A stretch of 59,657 nt of DNA from a virus (taxonomy: Duplodnaviria; Caudoviricetes): IMG/VR virus record IMGVR_UViG_3300031787_000135, positions 1-59,657 of that record. The stretch is one strand, 5' to 3'. Positions 47,981 to 56,442 of this stretch are shown here, piece by piece. Below the pieces are notes generated by a model. It ran no database searches. It saw only the letters and a list, made by a program, of their open reading frames with translations, and was not told where the DNA came from. Every line of letters starts with the position of its first letter. The first letter of the stretch is position 1. The translations under genes and the position numbers were made by a program.

Positions 47981-48538
47981 TCAGGCAAAAACCCTATCGC
48001 CTTGGCGGAGGTGCTCAGGCAGCCCAAACATATCATCGGCGAGGTGATCGGCGAGGATGAAGCTATCCGCTTGCTTGTGCCACACGATGCAAATCGCCTT
48101 GATTTTCTTCAGAGCTTCCACGACTTGCAAAGGCTGCGCGTTCCAACCGTGCTGGGCGAGCTTGGCGAGTTTGGAAGCAATGGCGATGGTTTCGGGGTCG
48201 AATCCGCACGAATCGATCCGGCAGCTATAAAGCGATGGATACCAGCATTCCCCTGAGTGTCCTTCACGATGGGATTGCCACTTCAGGGACAATTCGTTGC
48301 CAAAGCTATTGGTTTTTTCGATGTACAGGGTGTTGCCAGTCGCTTCGCGTAACGCTTTGGTTTTCTTTAGGTAGTATTCTTCGTCGCGGCATCCAACGTG
48401 CCGCAGTGACTCTATGGTATCGACTACCCTGCATGGTCCGATGTAGATCGTCGGATGGATGTACTGCTCGTGGTAGTTGTACGTCGAGTAGTCTGAGGGA
48501 GTGTAGAAAATCGCCTTTTGGCCGTGTTTGAGCTTCAT
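47981..48538 (-). CDS. hypothetical protein
   Basis: AGGAGATT RBS. Confidence 0.7.
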   Translation of the reverse strand: MKLKHGQKAIFYTPSDYSTYNYHEQYIHPTIYIGPCRVVDTIESLRHVGCRDEEYYLKKTKALREATGNTLYIEKTNSFGNELSLKWQSHREGHSGECWYPSLYSCRIDSCGFDPETIAIASKLAKLAQHGWNAQPLQVVEALKKIKAICIVWHKQADSFILADHLADDMFGLPEHLRQGDRVFA

Positions 48539-48628
48539 CGTCAAAATCTCCTAGTGATTGTGAACCCTGCGAACAGTGCAGGCCCTCGGGGACTCGGGCG
48601 GTCCCCTCGGGTGAGCACTGGCAGCGGA

Positions 48629-49060
48629 TTAGCCGTAGATTCTACGCATCTCGTCGTAGTCGTAGCCGTAACGGGTGCATTGCTCTTTGGCTTGGGTGAA
48701 GTTTCCGTTGGTGATCGATTCAGCAATGATGTTTTCGTGTCGGTACTTGTCGGTGTGATCGTCACGACCGATTTGCAGGTTATTTGTAGCGATGTCGGTT
48801 TTCATCGCTTCTACGTCGTACTCGTCGCTGTCGAACTGGGCAATCCAGGCTTCCAACTCGTCTTCGTCGGCTTCGCTATCCTCTTCGTCCTCGTCGAATC
48901 GGGGGGACAGCTCGTTAGCGTCAAGCATGTCTCGAACGTCGTCGGTGCTCATGTACTTGAGGGCGCAAAGTAGCAAATGGGCGGCGGTTACCAATCCGTT
49001 CTCAACCAACTCTAGCGCAAAGTCCCTTGGATCGCTTGCAAATAGCTTAGAATCGCTCAT
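48629..49060 (-). CDS. acidic hypothetical protein, first gene of the leftward operon
   Basis: GGAG RBS; CALKYMSTDDVRDMLDANEL followed by an acidic tract. Confidence 0.65.
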   Translation of the reverse strand: MSDSKLFASDPRDFALELVENGLVTAAHLLLCALKYMSTDDVRDMLDANELSPRFDEDEEDSEADEDELEAWIAQFDSDEYDVEAMKTDIATNNLQIGRDDHTDKYRHENIIAESITNGNFTQAKEQCTRYGYDYDEMRRIYG

Positions 49061-49133
49061 CGTCATCATCTCCAAAATGTGCGCCGTCTCACTGGCGCGG
49101 GGTTGTGTGGGTGGCAACGTGCCGCCCGATATG

Positions 49134-49162
49134 ATCCTAAGTACCATACGGCACAATGTCAA
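49134..49162 (-). promoter_or_regulatory. strong leftward sigma70-type promoter
   Basis: TTGACA-N17-TAGGAT on the - strand, with an AT-rich tract upstream (49177-49209). Confidence 0.7.
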
Positions 49163-49210
49163 CTAGGGTCCACCTCAAATAAAAAAAGAATCTAGTTTTT
49201 TCCAAAATAG

Positions 49211-49238
49211 TTGACGGGGATGCTCGGAGTGGTATCTT
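49211..49238 (+). promoter_or_regulatory. rightward sigma70-type promoter (divergent pair)
   Basis: TTGACG-N16-TATCTT with TG extension. Confidence 0.55.
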
Positions 49239-49244
49239 GGAAGC

Positions 49245-49465
49245 AAATCGAACGGTATGCGGTCCCACCGAGCGACTAAGGCGAAAGCACAGTCCAAGGG
49301 ATCGCCGAGCGATTCCACCGGAGTGGAGTCAATCTGTCGGTGAGCAGGCGAAAGCCTACACTGCCGAATAGACGCGAGGGGTAGCCAATGGCTAGTCGGG
49401 ATCTTCGGATCGGTTGCGGCGTCGATAAACAAGCTGCGGAACCATAGGAATCCTTGTGTCTTGAG
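49245..49465 (+). ncRNA. candidate structured RNA / long leader
   Basis: No + strand ORF; several hairpins with GAAA and UUCG tetraloops. Confidence 0.4.
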
Positions 49466-49476
49466 GGTAACGCGAA

Positions 49477-50094
49477 GTGGATATCTTGGACGTTGTGACG
49501 CGATTGAGGCGCGAGGGTAGATGGAGCGAAGCCGAGCCAATCCGCGACGATCTAATGCGCGAGGCTAGGCGAAGCGGCGTCGAGAAGCGCGAAGCTCAAC
49601 AGATGGTTTACGCGAAACTGGTGGAGATGTTCCCGCCAATCCAGCCTGCGGAACCATCGGGGGAAGAATCGCGAGAAGAGGCAGGGGGCGTCGACTACCC
49701 GACCGCGCGAAACGACGTAACGGGAGCCATCCAGGCGCGCACGCGAGACGAGGCCGCCGTCACCGGCCTGTCCGACGTTCCATCGGAGTGGCCGACGCTG
49801 CCGCAGAACGCAACGTTAGCGCAAGAAATCCAGTGGGTGCAAGCGAACCGGCTGTCGGTGGTCCGTGACCTCGGGGACCGCGCAATCGTCGATTTGCGCA
49901 AGGCGATGAGTCCCGCGCCATCTTGGGCGGCGTTGGGGTGGCTGGAAACGTCGATCCGAGCTTACGCAAAGTTCGTGGATGTCGCGGCTAAAGCTTCTGC
50001 GCATGTGGAAGACGAGCGCGATATGGTGCGACGCGAACGGATGGCAATCGATGAGATCAGGTCGTTGTTGGCTGAAATGCTGCCGGATCGCTGA
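49477..50094 (+). CDS. helical hypothetical protein, 205 aa (possibly small terminase-like)
   Basis: GAGGG RBS with GTG start; function is a positional guess. Confidence 0.6.
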   Translation: MDILDVVTRLRREGRWSEAEPIRDDLMREARRSGVEKREAQQMVYAKLVEMFPPIQPAEPSGEESREEAGGVDYPTARNDVTGAIQARTRDEAAVTGLSDVPSEWPTLPQNATLAQEIQWVQANRLSVVRDLGDRAIVDLRKAMSPAPSWAALGWLETSIRAYAKFVDVAAKASAHVEDERDMVRRERMAIDEIRSLLAEMLPDR

Positions 50095-50379
50095 TGGATG
50101 CCACAATGGCACGTTGCCACGGGTATAGCCTTGCTGAAGCGTTGTTTCTTGCTGGATTTCAGGGTGTTTTCCCTGTGTTTCGTGGTGATCGAAACGAACG
50201 ACCCTATTTGACACGTTTTGGATACCATGGTATCCGTTTTTCCGCGCGGTGGTGGATGCGGACCGCACGACGACCGAAACGACGCGAGACGATGCGGACC
50301 AACGGAAAACGACCCGGACCCCCCACCCGTCCGCACGAGACGGTAGCGGTATCCCCGTCTCCCGCGTTTATAAAAGCAC

Positions 50380-50408
50380 TTGCGTCATCGGGTCTATGCG
50401 AGTAGACT
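50380..50408 (+). promoter_or_regulatory. TTGCGT-class promoter, probably giving a leaderless mRNA
   Basis: TTGCGT-N17-TAGACT; ATG at 50415 is 6 nt after the -10 box. Confidence 0.65.
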
Positions 50409-50414
50409 GTTGGC

Positions 50415-51407
50415 ATGAAACCTTACACATTGCATTGCGGTGATTGTCTGCCTGTGCTTCGATCGATGGAGCCAGGGACGGTTGATTGTTGCGTAACGTC
50501 GCCTCCGTATTTTGGTTTGCGCGATTACGGAGTGGACGGACAAATAGGGCTTGAGTCTACGCCGGAGGAATACGTTGCTCGAATGGTCGAGGTATTCCGC
50601 GAAGTCAAGCGGCTTTTGAAAGACGACGGAACGCTGTGGCTAAACATTGGGGATAGCTATGCGTCCATGCAGCGAAGCGGAAAGAAAGAAAGCCCCGGCG
50701 TTGGTGCTAAACAGGAGATGCCTCCCATTCGCACAAAGATTCGCTGGGGGAAGGGTGGTGGGACGAACTTTTTTTGGCGAATACCGACAGAGGAATATGG
50801 CGACATAAAACCAAAAGACTTGATTGGCATTCCGTGGATGCTGGCCTTCGCCCTACGCGCTGATGGCTGGTATCTGCGGCAGGACATCATTTGGCACAAG
50901 CCAAACCCGATGCCCGAGAGCGTTACGGATCGCTGTACCAAGGCGCATGAGTACGTTTTTTTGCTGAGCAAGTCGGCAAGGTACTACTTCGACAGCGAGG
51001 CTATGCAGGAGCCATCAGTGTACGCGGGAAAAACAGGCAATTTTAACGGCAAGAAAAAAGTTGGTCGAAGCGAGCAGCCTACAGGAAACGAGCGAAGCGA
51101 CGCGCCGTCATACTTGGTGAAAGCTACACGCAATCGCCGTTCGGTCTGGACGATTACAACCAAGCCGTACAAGGGTGCTCACTTTGCCACATTTCCGCCT
51201 GCGTTGATCGAGCCTTGCGTTCTGGCCGGCTCTCGAAAGGGCGGTGTGGTTCTCGATCCCTTCAACGGCAGCGGAACAACAGGCGAGGTTGCTATCCTCA
51301 ACGGCAGAAGGTACGTCGGCATTGAGTTAAACGCTGCGTACATCAAGCTGGCTGAAACCAGAATTGATGCAGCAGTAAAGCAATCCAGCGGACTTTTGTT
51401 TCAATAG
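50415..51407 (+). CDS. beta-class amino DNA methyltransferase (SPPY; probably N4-C)
   Basis: VTSPPY, IWHKPNPMP, HFATFP, VLDPFNGSGTT. Confidence 0.9.
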   Translation: MKPYTLHCGDCLPVLRSMEPGTVDCCVTSPPYFGLRDYGVDGQIGLESTPEEYVARMVEVFREVKRLLKDDGTLWLNIGDSYASMQRSGKKESPGVGAKQEMPPIRTKIRWGKGGGTNFFWRIPTEEYGDIKPKDLIGIPWMLAFALRADGWYLRQDIIWHKPNPMPESVTDRCTKAHEYVFLLSKSARYYFDSEAMQEPSVYAGKTGNFNGKKKVGRSEQPTGNERSDAPSYLVKATRNRRSVWTITTKPYKGAHFATFPPALIEPCVLAGSRKGGVVLDPFNGSGTTGEVAILNGRRYVGIELNAAYIKLAETRIDAAVKQSSGLLFQ

Positions 51408-51415
51408 GTGGGTTC

Positions 51416-51676
51416 ATGGACAGTGGTGTTGAGACAAAGCGACGTTGGTATCAGATTTACGCTGATAGGGTTCCTGAGCGGCGATTGAACCGCTATCGTC
51501 TTAGCGGGATGATGGATCACGACCCGAAGGGGCTCAAGGCTGGCGAGAAGCTGGAGGATGCGGAGCAGTATTTGATTTGCGCGGTGATGGATTACCTTGC
51601 CAAAGGAGCCAACGAGGAGTTGGTGATGCGAGCGGCAAGAATTGGGGTTGAGTGGAGCAAGGGAAAGCAGGACTGA
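51416..51676 (+). CDS. hypothetical protein
   Basis: Fills the gap between the two MTases. Confidence 0.55.
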   Translation: MDSGVETKRRWYQIYADRVPERRLNRYRLSGMMDHDPKGLKAGEKLEDAEQYLICAVMDYLAKGANEELVMRAARIGVEWSKGKQD

Positions 51677-51677
51677 A

Positions 51678-53102
51678 ATGCGATATGAATTACACCACGG
51701 CGATTGCTTCGACGTACTCAAGACCCTTGCGGATTGCTCGGTCGATGCGATTGTTACGGATCCGCCTTATGGGCTAGGAAAGGCGCCGGACCCTGTTAAG
51801 GTTATGGCGGCTTGGGTGTCGCAAGGTTATTTTGAAGTTGAAGGGAGCGGTTTCATGGGCAAGAAATGGGATGCGTTTGTCCCGCAGCCTATCATCTGGA
51901 AGGAGGTTTTTAGGGTGCTCAAACCCGGTGGGCATTTACTAGCGTTTGCCGGGACTCGAACGCAGGACTGGATGGCTATGTCTATTCGATTTGCAGGCTT
52001 CGAGATACGCGATATGATTGCCTGGGTGTACGGAAGCGGATTCCCTAAGTCGATGGATGTATCGAAGGCGATCGACAAGGCGGCGGGGGCGGAGCGTGCT
52101 GGTACCGGCGAATTTGTGCGCGGTGGATGCCGTGCGGCGCGTGGAGGTACCGAACTTGTGGGGAGCGAATCGATTGAATCCGCGAAATGGAAGCAGTTGA
52201 CCGCTCCCGCAACCCCCGAAGCTGGGCAATGGGCCGGCTGGGGAACCGCCTTGAAACCCGCACTGGAGCCTATTACGCTGGCTCGCAAACCGTTTGCTGA
52301 CACGGTAGCAGCGAACGTGCTCAAGCATGGGACCGGGGCTATCAACGTGGATGGGTGCAGGGTGGGGACGAACGACAAACTGAGTGGCGGTCATGCAACC
52401 GCTGGGCAGCAAATGACAGGTGGATGGGAGCGCCCGTGGATGAGCGACCCAGAGGCGGTTGCAGCAAATGCCGAGCGATCACGCCAATCGGTAGCCAAAG
52501 CAGAGGCTCTGGGCCGATGGCCTGCCAACTTCATCCATGACGGCAGCGGCGAAGTAACGGCGTTGTTTCCCGAGTCCAACAGTGCTAGGGCAAACGGGAA
52601 TCCCAATAACCCCAAGAGAGGTGCTAATCACACGGCAACTAGCTATGGACAAGGCAACGATCAGGAAACGTGTGACTATAGAGATTCAGGTTCAGCAGCT
52701 CGATTCTTCTATTGCGCAAAGGCGAGCAAGAAGGATCGGAACGAGGGGTGCGAGAAGTTAGATAGAAAAATTTCTGCTCGTTCGTGCCAAGCGCAAGCCG
52801 AGGCAAAGCGAGGCAATGTTGTCGAATGCGAAGGCGGGGCGTTTAACAAAGCAAGGCTCGCCTTGAACCATCACCCCACTGTAAAGCCGACCGAGCTTAT
52901 GCGATACCTATGCAGGCTCGTCACTCCTCCTGGCGGTTTGATACTCGATCCGTTCATGGGGTCTGGTTCGACTGGCAAGGCTGCAATGCTCGAGGGTTTT
53001 CGCTTTATCGGCATCGAGCAAGAGGCTGAGTATCTGGAAATTGCGAAGGCTCGTATTGCTCACGTAGTCGGCAAAACCAGCGGCATGCTCCCGTTTGAAT
53101 AA
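51678..53102 (+). CDS. beta-class amino DNA methyltransferase (DPPY; probably N6-A)
   Basis: VTDPPY, YGSGFPKS, HPTVKP, ILDPFMGSGST. Confidence 0.9.
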   Translation: MRYELHHGDCFDVLKTLADCSVDAIVTDPPYGLGKAPDPVKVMAAWVSQGYFEVEGSGFMGKKWDAFVPQPIIWKEVFRVLKPGGHLLAFAGTRTQDWMAMSIRFAGFEIRDMIAWVYGSGFPKSMDVSKAIDKAAGAERAGTGEFVRGGCRAARGGTELVGSESIESAKWKQLTAPATPEAGQWAGWGTALKPALEPITLARKPFADTVAANVLKHGTGAINVDGCRVGTNDKLSGGHATAGQQMTGGWERPWMSDPEAVAANAERSRQSVAKAEALGRWPANFIHDGSGEVTALFPESNSARANGNPNNPKRGANHTATSYGQGNDQETCDYRDSGSAARFFYCAKASKKDRNEGCEKLDRKISARSCQAQAEAKRGNVVECEGGAFNKARLALNHHPTVKPTELMRYLCRLVTPPGGLILDPFMGSGSTGKAAMLEGFRFIGIEQEAEYLEIAKARIAHVVGKTSGMLPFE

Positions 53103-53105
53103 CAC

Positions 53106-53134
53106 TTGCGTCATCGGGTCCATGCGAGTATACT
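53106..53134 (+). promoter_or_regulatory. TTGCGT-class promoter; near-identical copy of the 50380 promoter
   Basis: TTGCGT-N17-TATACT; 53103-53134 matches 50377-50408 at 30/32. Confidence 0.7.
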
Positions 53135-53184
53135 TACGGCGGTGACGTGTGGTGGTGTTTGTCCGATGCGATTGGAGGTTTGCG

Positions 53185-53532
53185 ATGATCGATTTACGAA
53201 TGGTGGCTGATGATCATGGGTACATGCAGTTGCAGTCCCGAGGATTCTGTGTTCAACGAGGCTGGACTGAGTGGAAGTCGGTTCCGATCGTCCACGACCC
53301 GAGCCAACTTGTCGACAAAGTTGAGATCTTCGATGCGAAATCATCGGGGGCCAAGCCGGACGGCGGTTTGACCGCAGCACAGGTAGCCAAGATCCTCGGT
53401 GAGCTTGAAAGGACGCTTGATAAACACCGCGACACACGCCACCGTGGATTGGTAGCAGGGATCAGCCATTGCTTGTCTGTCATTCGATCGGAGCTCAGTC
53501 CGCAGCCTGCCGAGCCTGAGATCGACCTGTAA
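53185..53532 (+). CDS. hypothetical protein
   Basis: GGAGG RBS. Confidence 0.6.
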   Translation: MIDLRMVADDHGYMQLQSRGFCVQRGWTEWKSVPIVHDPSQLVDKVEIFDAKSSGAKPDGGLTAAQVAKILGELERTLDKHRDTRHRGLVAGISHCLSVIRSELSPQPAEPEIDL

Positions 53533-53565
53533 GCACCTACCTTTTTGCGACTGGAGATTGCCACG

Positions 53566-53877
53566 ATGTCAGAGATTGGTCGCTGGGTAGCGGTTTACGA
53601 CGACGTAAAAAAGCCGTTCGACGAGGATCCAGGCTCGTTGACTTGGGGCGAAAGTGGTCGCGATCCTGGGTGGCGTATTGCGTGGGACTTTGGAAGAATG
53701 CGAGCGTATTACGGCGAAATGACGTTTGGTCGTGCTGAAGATGCGGCTCAGGCGGTCAAGGCGTTGTACACGCTCGACGATTGGCAATGCGCAAGTCTGG
53801 AAGAGGCTCGAGCCACGACGATGCGGATCACGAGAGCGAAGATGCGCCAGACGATTCTCGAGGCGATGGCTTGGTAG
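53566..53877 (+). CDS. hypothetical protein
   Basis: GGAG RBS. Confidence 0.6.
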   Translation: MSEIGRWVAVYDDVKKPFDEDPGSLTWGESGRDPGWRIAWDFGRMRAYYGEMTFGRAEDAAQAVKALYTLDDWQCASLEEARATTMRITRAKMRQTILEAMAW

Positions 53878-53914
53878 TTGTTTTTTGCGCAGAAGCCACA
53901 AGAAGGCGATAGCT

Positions 53915-54289
53915 ATGACCAAATCAATCAAAAACGGACGGACCATCGAGTACATGCGAGGAACTGGTCCAGGTGGACAGAACCGCAACAAGATCGAGTC
54001 GGCTTGTCGGATCCACGATCACGCGACTGGTCTTTCAGCTTACGCCGACTGCCGGACACGCGAAGCGTCCTACCGCATGGCTCTTGCGGAACTGGACAAG
54101 CGGATCGCCCAGGCCAAAGCCGACGCACAGGCAAAGGTCCGCAAGGATCGACGCGACGTAGCGATCCACGACCATATCATCGTCCGCACCTACAACTTTT
54201 CTCGCGGCTTGGTTAAGGACCACCGAAGCGGCAAAGAGGCGACCGTCAAAGAGATCCTCGGCAAGGGACGGTTGGATTTGCTTCGATAA
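53915..54289 (+). CDS. stand-alone class I release-factor GGQ domain protein (peptidyl-tRNA hydrolase), 124 aa
   Basis: YMRGTGPGGQNRNKIESACRI..H.ATG..RTYNF..VKDHR. Confidence 0.85.
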   Translation: MTKSIKNGRTIEYMRGTGPGGQNRNKIESACRIHDHATGLSAYADCRTREASYRMALAELDKRIAQAKADAQAKVRKDRRDVAIHDHIIVRTYNFSRGLVKDHRSGKEATVKEILGKGRLDLLR

Positions 54290-54304
54290 AAACCCATCTA
54301 GTCA

Positions 54305-54333
54305 TTGCGTTTCTGGGTCCATCGCGGTACAAT
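54305..54333 (+). promoter_or_regulatory. TTGCGT-class promoter
   Basis: TTGCGT-N17-TACAAT with GGGTC in the spacer. Confidence 0.65.
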
Positions 54334-54375
54334 TGCGTTGGTGGGGTGGTAACGTTTCCAATACGGGAGGTGATC

Positions 54376-54597
54376 ATGGGTGGTTCTGACGGCACGCCAA
54401 AGCCGAAAGGCGACGAGATTCGAGTGACGGTAGACGACGGGGCGAACTGCCAAAGCGGTCGGCACGCGATTTTGACTGCGGAGAATCTTGGCTTTTTGTG
54501 CGAGCCGCACAGCTACCGTGGGTGCAAAAAGGACAGTTGCCGAGGTTCTTGCTATCGCGAAGAATTGCATGGGACGACAACACATGAAACTGTCTGA
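54376..54597 (+). CDS. hypothetical protein
   Basis: GGAGGTG RBS. Confidence 0.5.
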   Translation: MGGSDGTPKPKGDEIRVTVDDGANCQSGRHAILTAENLGFLCEPHSYRGCKKDSCRGSCYREELHGTTTHETV

Positions 54598-54868
54598 GTT
54601 TTTGGCGTGGTGGAAGACGTTCACCCAGACGCATTGCGAGGGGATCGATGCGACCATCAAGATACCAAGCGAGTTTTTGAAGCAAGGCAATCCAGACTTG
54701 TTTGTGTTTCGATTTTGCAGGGTGTTGACTGTTGACGGGACGGAAAAGACCTTGTGTTTGCAGCGTTGCGAGACACCAGAGTTGATCGAATCCCTCAACG
54801 GACTGGAAACCCTCGCTGGTGTCCTGAAGGAAGCCGTTTGCAAGCTGAAGGCGCAGGTGGCAACATGA
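54584..54868 (+). CDS. hypothetical protein
   Basis: Operon packing; start MKLSEF. Confidence 0.55.
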   Translation: MKLSEFLAWWKTFTQTHCEGIDATIKIPSEFLKQGNPDLFVFRFCRVLTVDGTEKTLCLQRCETPELIESLNGLETLAGVLKEAVCKLKAQVAT

Positions 54869-54913
54869 AGCGACTATACTCGAAAAACACGGCGGCTAGA
54901 GAGACTTAAGACG

Positions 54914-55438
54914 ATGAAGGCATACAAGGTACGAACGAGGCACGCGGCTGAATACGATCATCCTGTCGAGGAGATCGAAGTCGATCGCTTCACCAAGGAA
55001 AGCTACATCGTGTTTGAGGATAAACTGGAAGCAATCCAGTACGCTAAGCGCATGACGCTAGGAGATATCGCTAGGGTGGAAGCAGAGTTGAGCAAGTTGC
55101 AATCTAGGCTTGCGAAAATAAAAGCTATGGAGGGGATCTGCGCTTACGCCATCGACGAACACGAGTCGGTCAAGCAAATGCAACAAGCACCGCAAAACGC
55201 TGTCTATATTTGGCGAAACACGGAATTTCTCGAAGCGACTCGTTTGGCTGTAAGTGCCAACCGCAGCGATCTTGAAATTTACGGGATTGACTGTCTCAAC
55301 GACGGTGGAATTGAAATGTTTCGCGGTCGAAGGCTTTCAGGTGTCGTGGTGGACCATGCGGCGAAACTCAACGGCGAGGAACTTCGAAATTGCAACTGGC
55401 TGCAAAAAGTAATCGTAGCCAAGGAGGTGAAGCCATGA
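54914..55438 (+). CDS. hypothetical protein
   Basis: 174-aa ORF in the operon. Confidence 0.6.
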   Translation: MKAYKVRTRHAAEYDHPVEEIEVDRFTKESYIVFEDKLEAIQYAKRMTLGDIARVEAELSKLQSRLAKIKAMEGICAYAIDEHESVKQMQQAPQNAVYIWRNTEFLEATRLAVSANRSDLEIYGIDCLNDGGIEMFRGRRLSGVVVDHAAKLNGEELRNCNWLQKVIVAKEVKP

Positions 55439-55764
55439 GCGACCAGAAGTACGAACTGTATTTTCTCGATGGTCCGAGACGCGGAACTCGCATTACGGTC
55501 AGCAAGCCGTACTTTTGGTTTGAGGTTCCAGCGGAGCCAGAACTTGACCCTTGCAAATACGTAGGACTAACCGATCGGGCTGAAAGACCTCAGTTCATCC
55601 GCTACACGGTAAAGAACATAGGCGGCGCTTTGTTTGGCGTTTGCGAAGCGAGCGATGAACAGTTCATGCTGCTTGTTCGCAACATGCTGCTTGTTCGCAA
55701 TGCGCTGTTGCGATACCTAGAGATTGAACGAAAAAACCACGTTAAAGGAGTTGCAGAAGCATGA
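55435..55764 (+). CDS. hypothetical protein
   Basis: AAGGAGGTG RBS; FLDGPRRG. Confidence 0.65.
   Translation: MSDQKYELYFLDGPRRGTRITVSKPYFWFEVPAEPELDPCKYVGLTDRAERPQFIRYTVKNIGGALFGVCEASDEQFMLLVRNMLLVRNALLRYLEIERKNHVKGVAEA
55665..55700 (+). repeat. perfect 18-bp tandem duplication (MLLVRN x2)
   Basis: CATGCTGCTTGTTCGCAA twice. Confidence 0.9.
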
Positions 55765-56015
55765 ACCGAGAAACGCTTGACGCGATTTTGAAATTTAGGA
55801 CTGAGGTATTTGTCGAGGTATCAAAGCGAGATGAATTCACCCAGAGGCTAGCGGCGGCGACGTTCCATGCGTTGTTTGGTGCGCTGCATCGGTATCCAGC
55901 GTGCTGCGTGACCTACTTTGTTGCATCGACGCTAGGTAAGGCTCCTGCTATTAGTGCTGACGGCATGGATCGCGTCTACTGTCCGAAGTGCAAGGAGGTG
56001 ATTGATGGCCGGTGA
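55761..56015 (+). CDS. hypothetical protein
   Basis: AAGGAG RBS; YPACCV..YCPKC. Confidence 0.6.
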   Translation: MNRETLDAILKFRTEVFVEVSKRDEFTQRLAAATFHALFGALHRYPACCVTYFVASTLGKAPAISADGMDRVYCPKCKEVIDGR

Positions 56016-56349
56016 TTGGATCAAGTTCGAGCTTGATATGTACTTAGCCGAGCCTTTCATCTCCCAAAAGCTACGCAAGATAGGTTTGGGAATGCCTAAA
56101 TCTATTCGCAGCGGAGGTGCTACCCGTATCAAGCGTTTTCGAGTCAGTGCTTCGATGGTGCAATTTTTGGAAAAAAACGGAACAAAAGCGTTTGCTGTGC
56201 GGTACGGATACCCGCGTGGCATGACGCTCAAAAACGTCTCGGGTTCTGCGGAAATAGGCTTTGAAGCGTATTTTGAACACGAAGACTTCCCTTTAGTACC
56301 CGAAGGCGAACAAATCCCGCTGGACACAAACTACGTCCCGCCGTCGTAA
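56005..56349 (+). CDS. hypothetical protein with an MAGDWIK N-terminus
   Basis: AAGGAGGTG RBS. Confidence 0.6.
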   Translation: MAGDWIKFELDMYLAEPFISQKLRKIGLGMPKSIRSGGATRIKRFRVSASMVQFLEKNGTKAFAVRYGYPRGMTLKNVSGSAEIGFEAYFEHEDFPLVPEGEQIPLDTNYVPPS

Positions 56350-56365
56350 TTTCCCCGACCTGCTC

Positions 56366-56393
56366 TTGCGTTGACGGGTCAATGTGCTATCAT
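56366..56393 (+). promoter_or_regulatory. TTGCGT-class promoter upstream of the RNA cluster
   Basis: TTGCGT-N16-TATCAT, TG extension, GGGTC in the spacer. Confidence 0.6.
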
Positions 56394-56442
56394 GTCGTTT
56401 TTAGTTGAGGTTTCGGTTTCCATGTTTCAGGAGGATTTGATT

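Larger units (their letters stand above)
45074..48610 (-). repeat. five intergenic copies of a two-hairpin element (45074-45129 degenerate, 45603-45645, 46554-46599, 47925-47966, 48566-48608)
   Basis: + strand CCTGCGA..TGCAGG-N5-[stem-loop]-TC; each copy lies between a stop codon and the next RBS of the - strand genes. Confidence 0.85.

Noticed and set aside
43276-48973. + strand ORFs across the leftward cluster
   Set aside because: The - strand ORFs have consistent GGAG RBS and tile the region; the + strand ORFs are shadows
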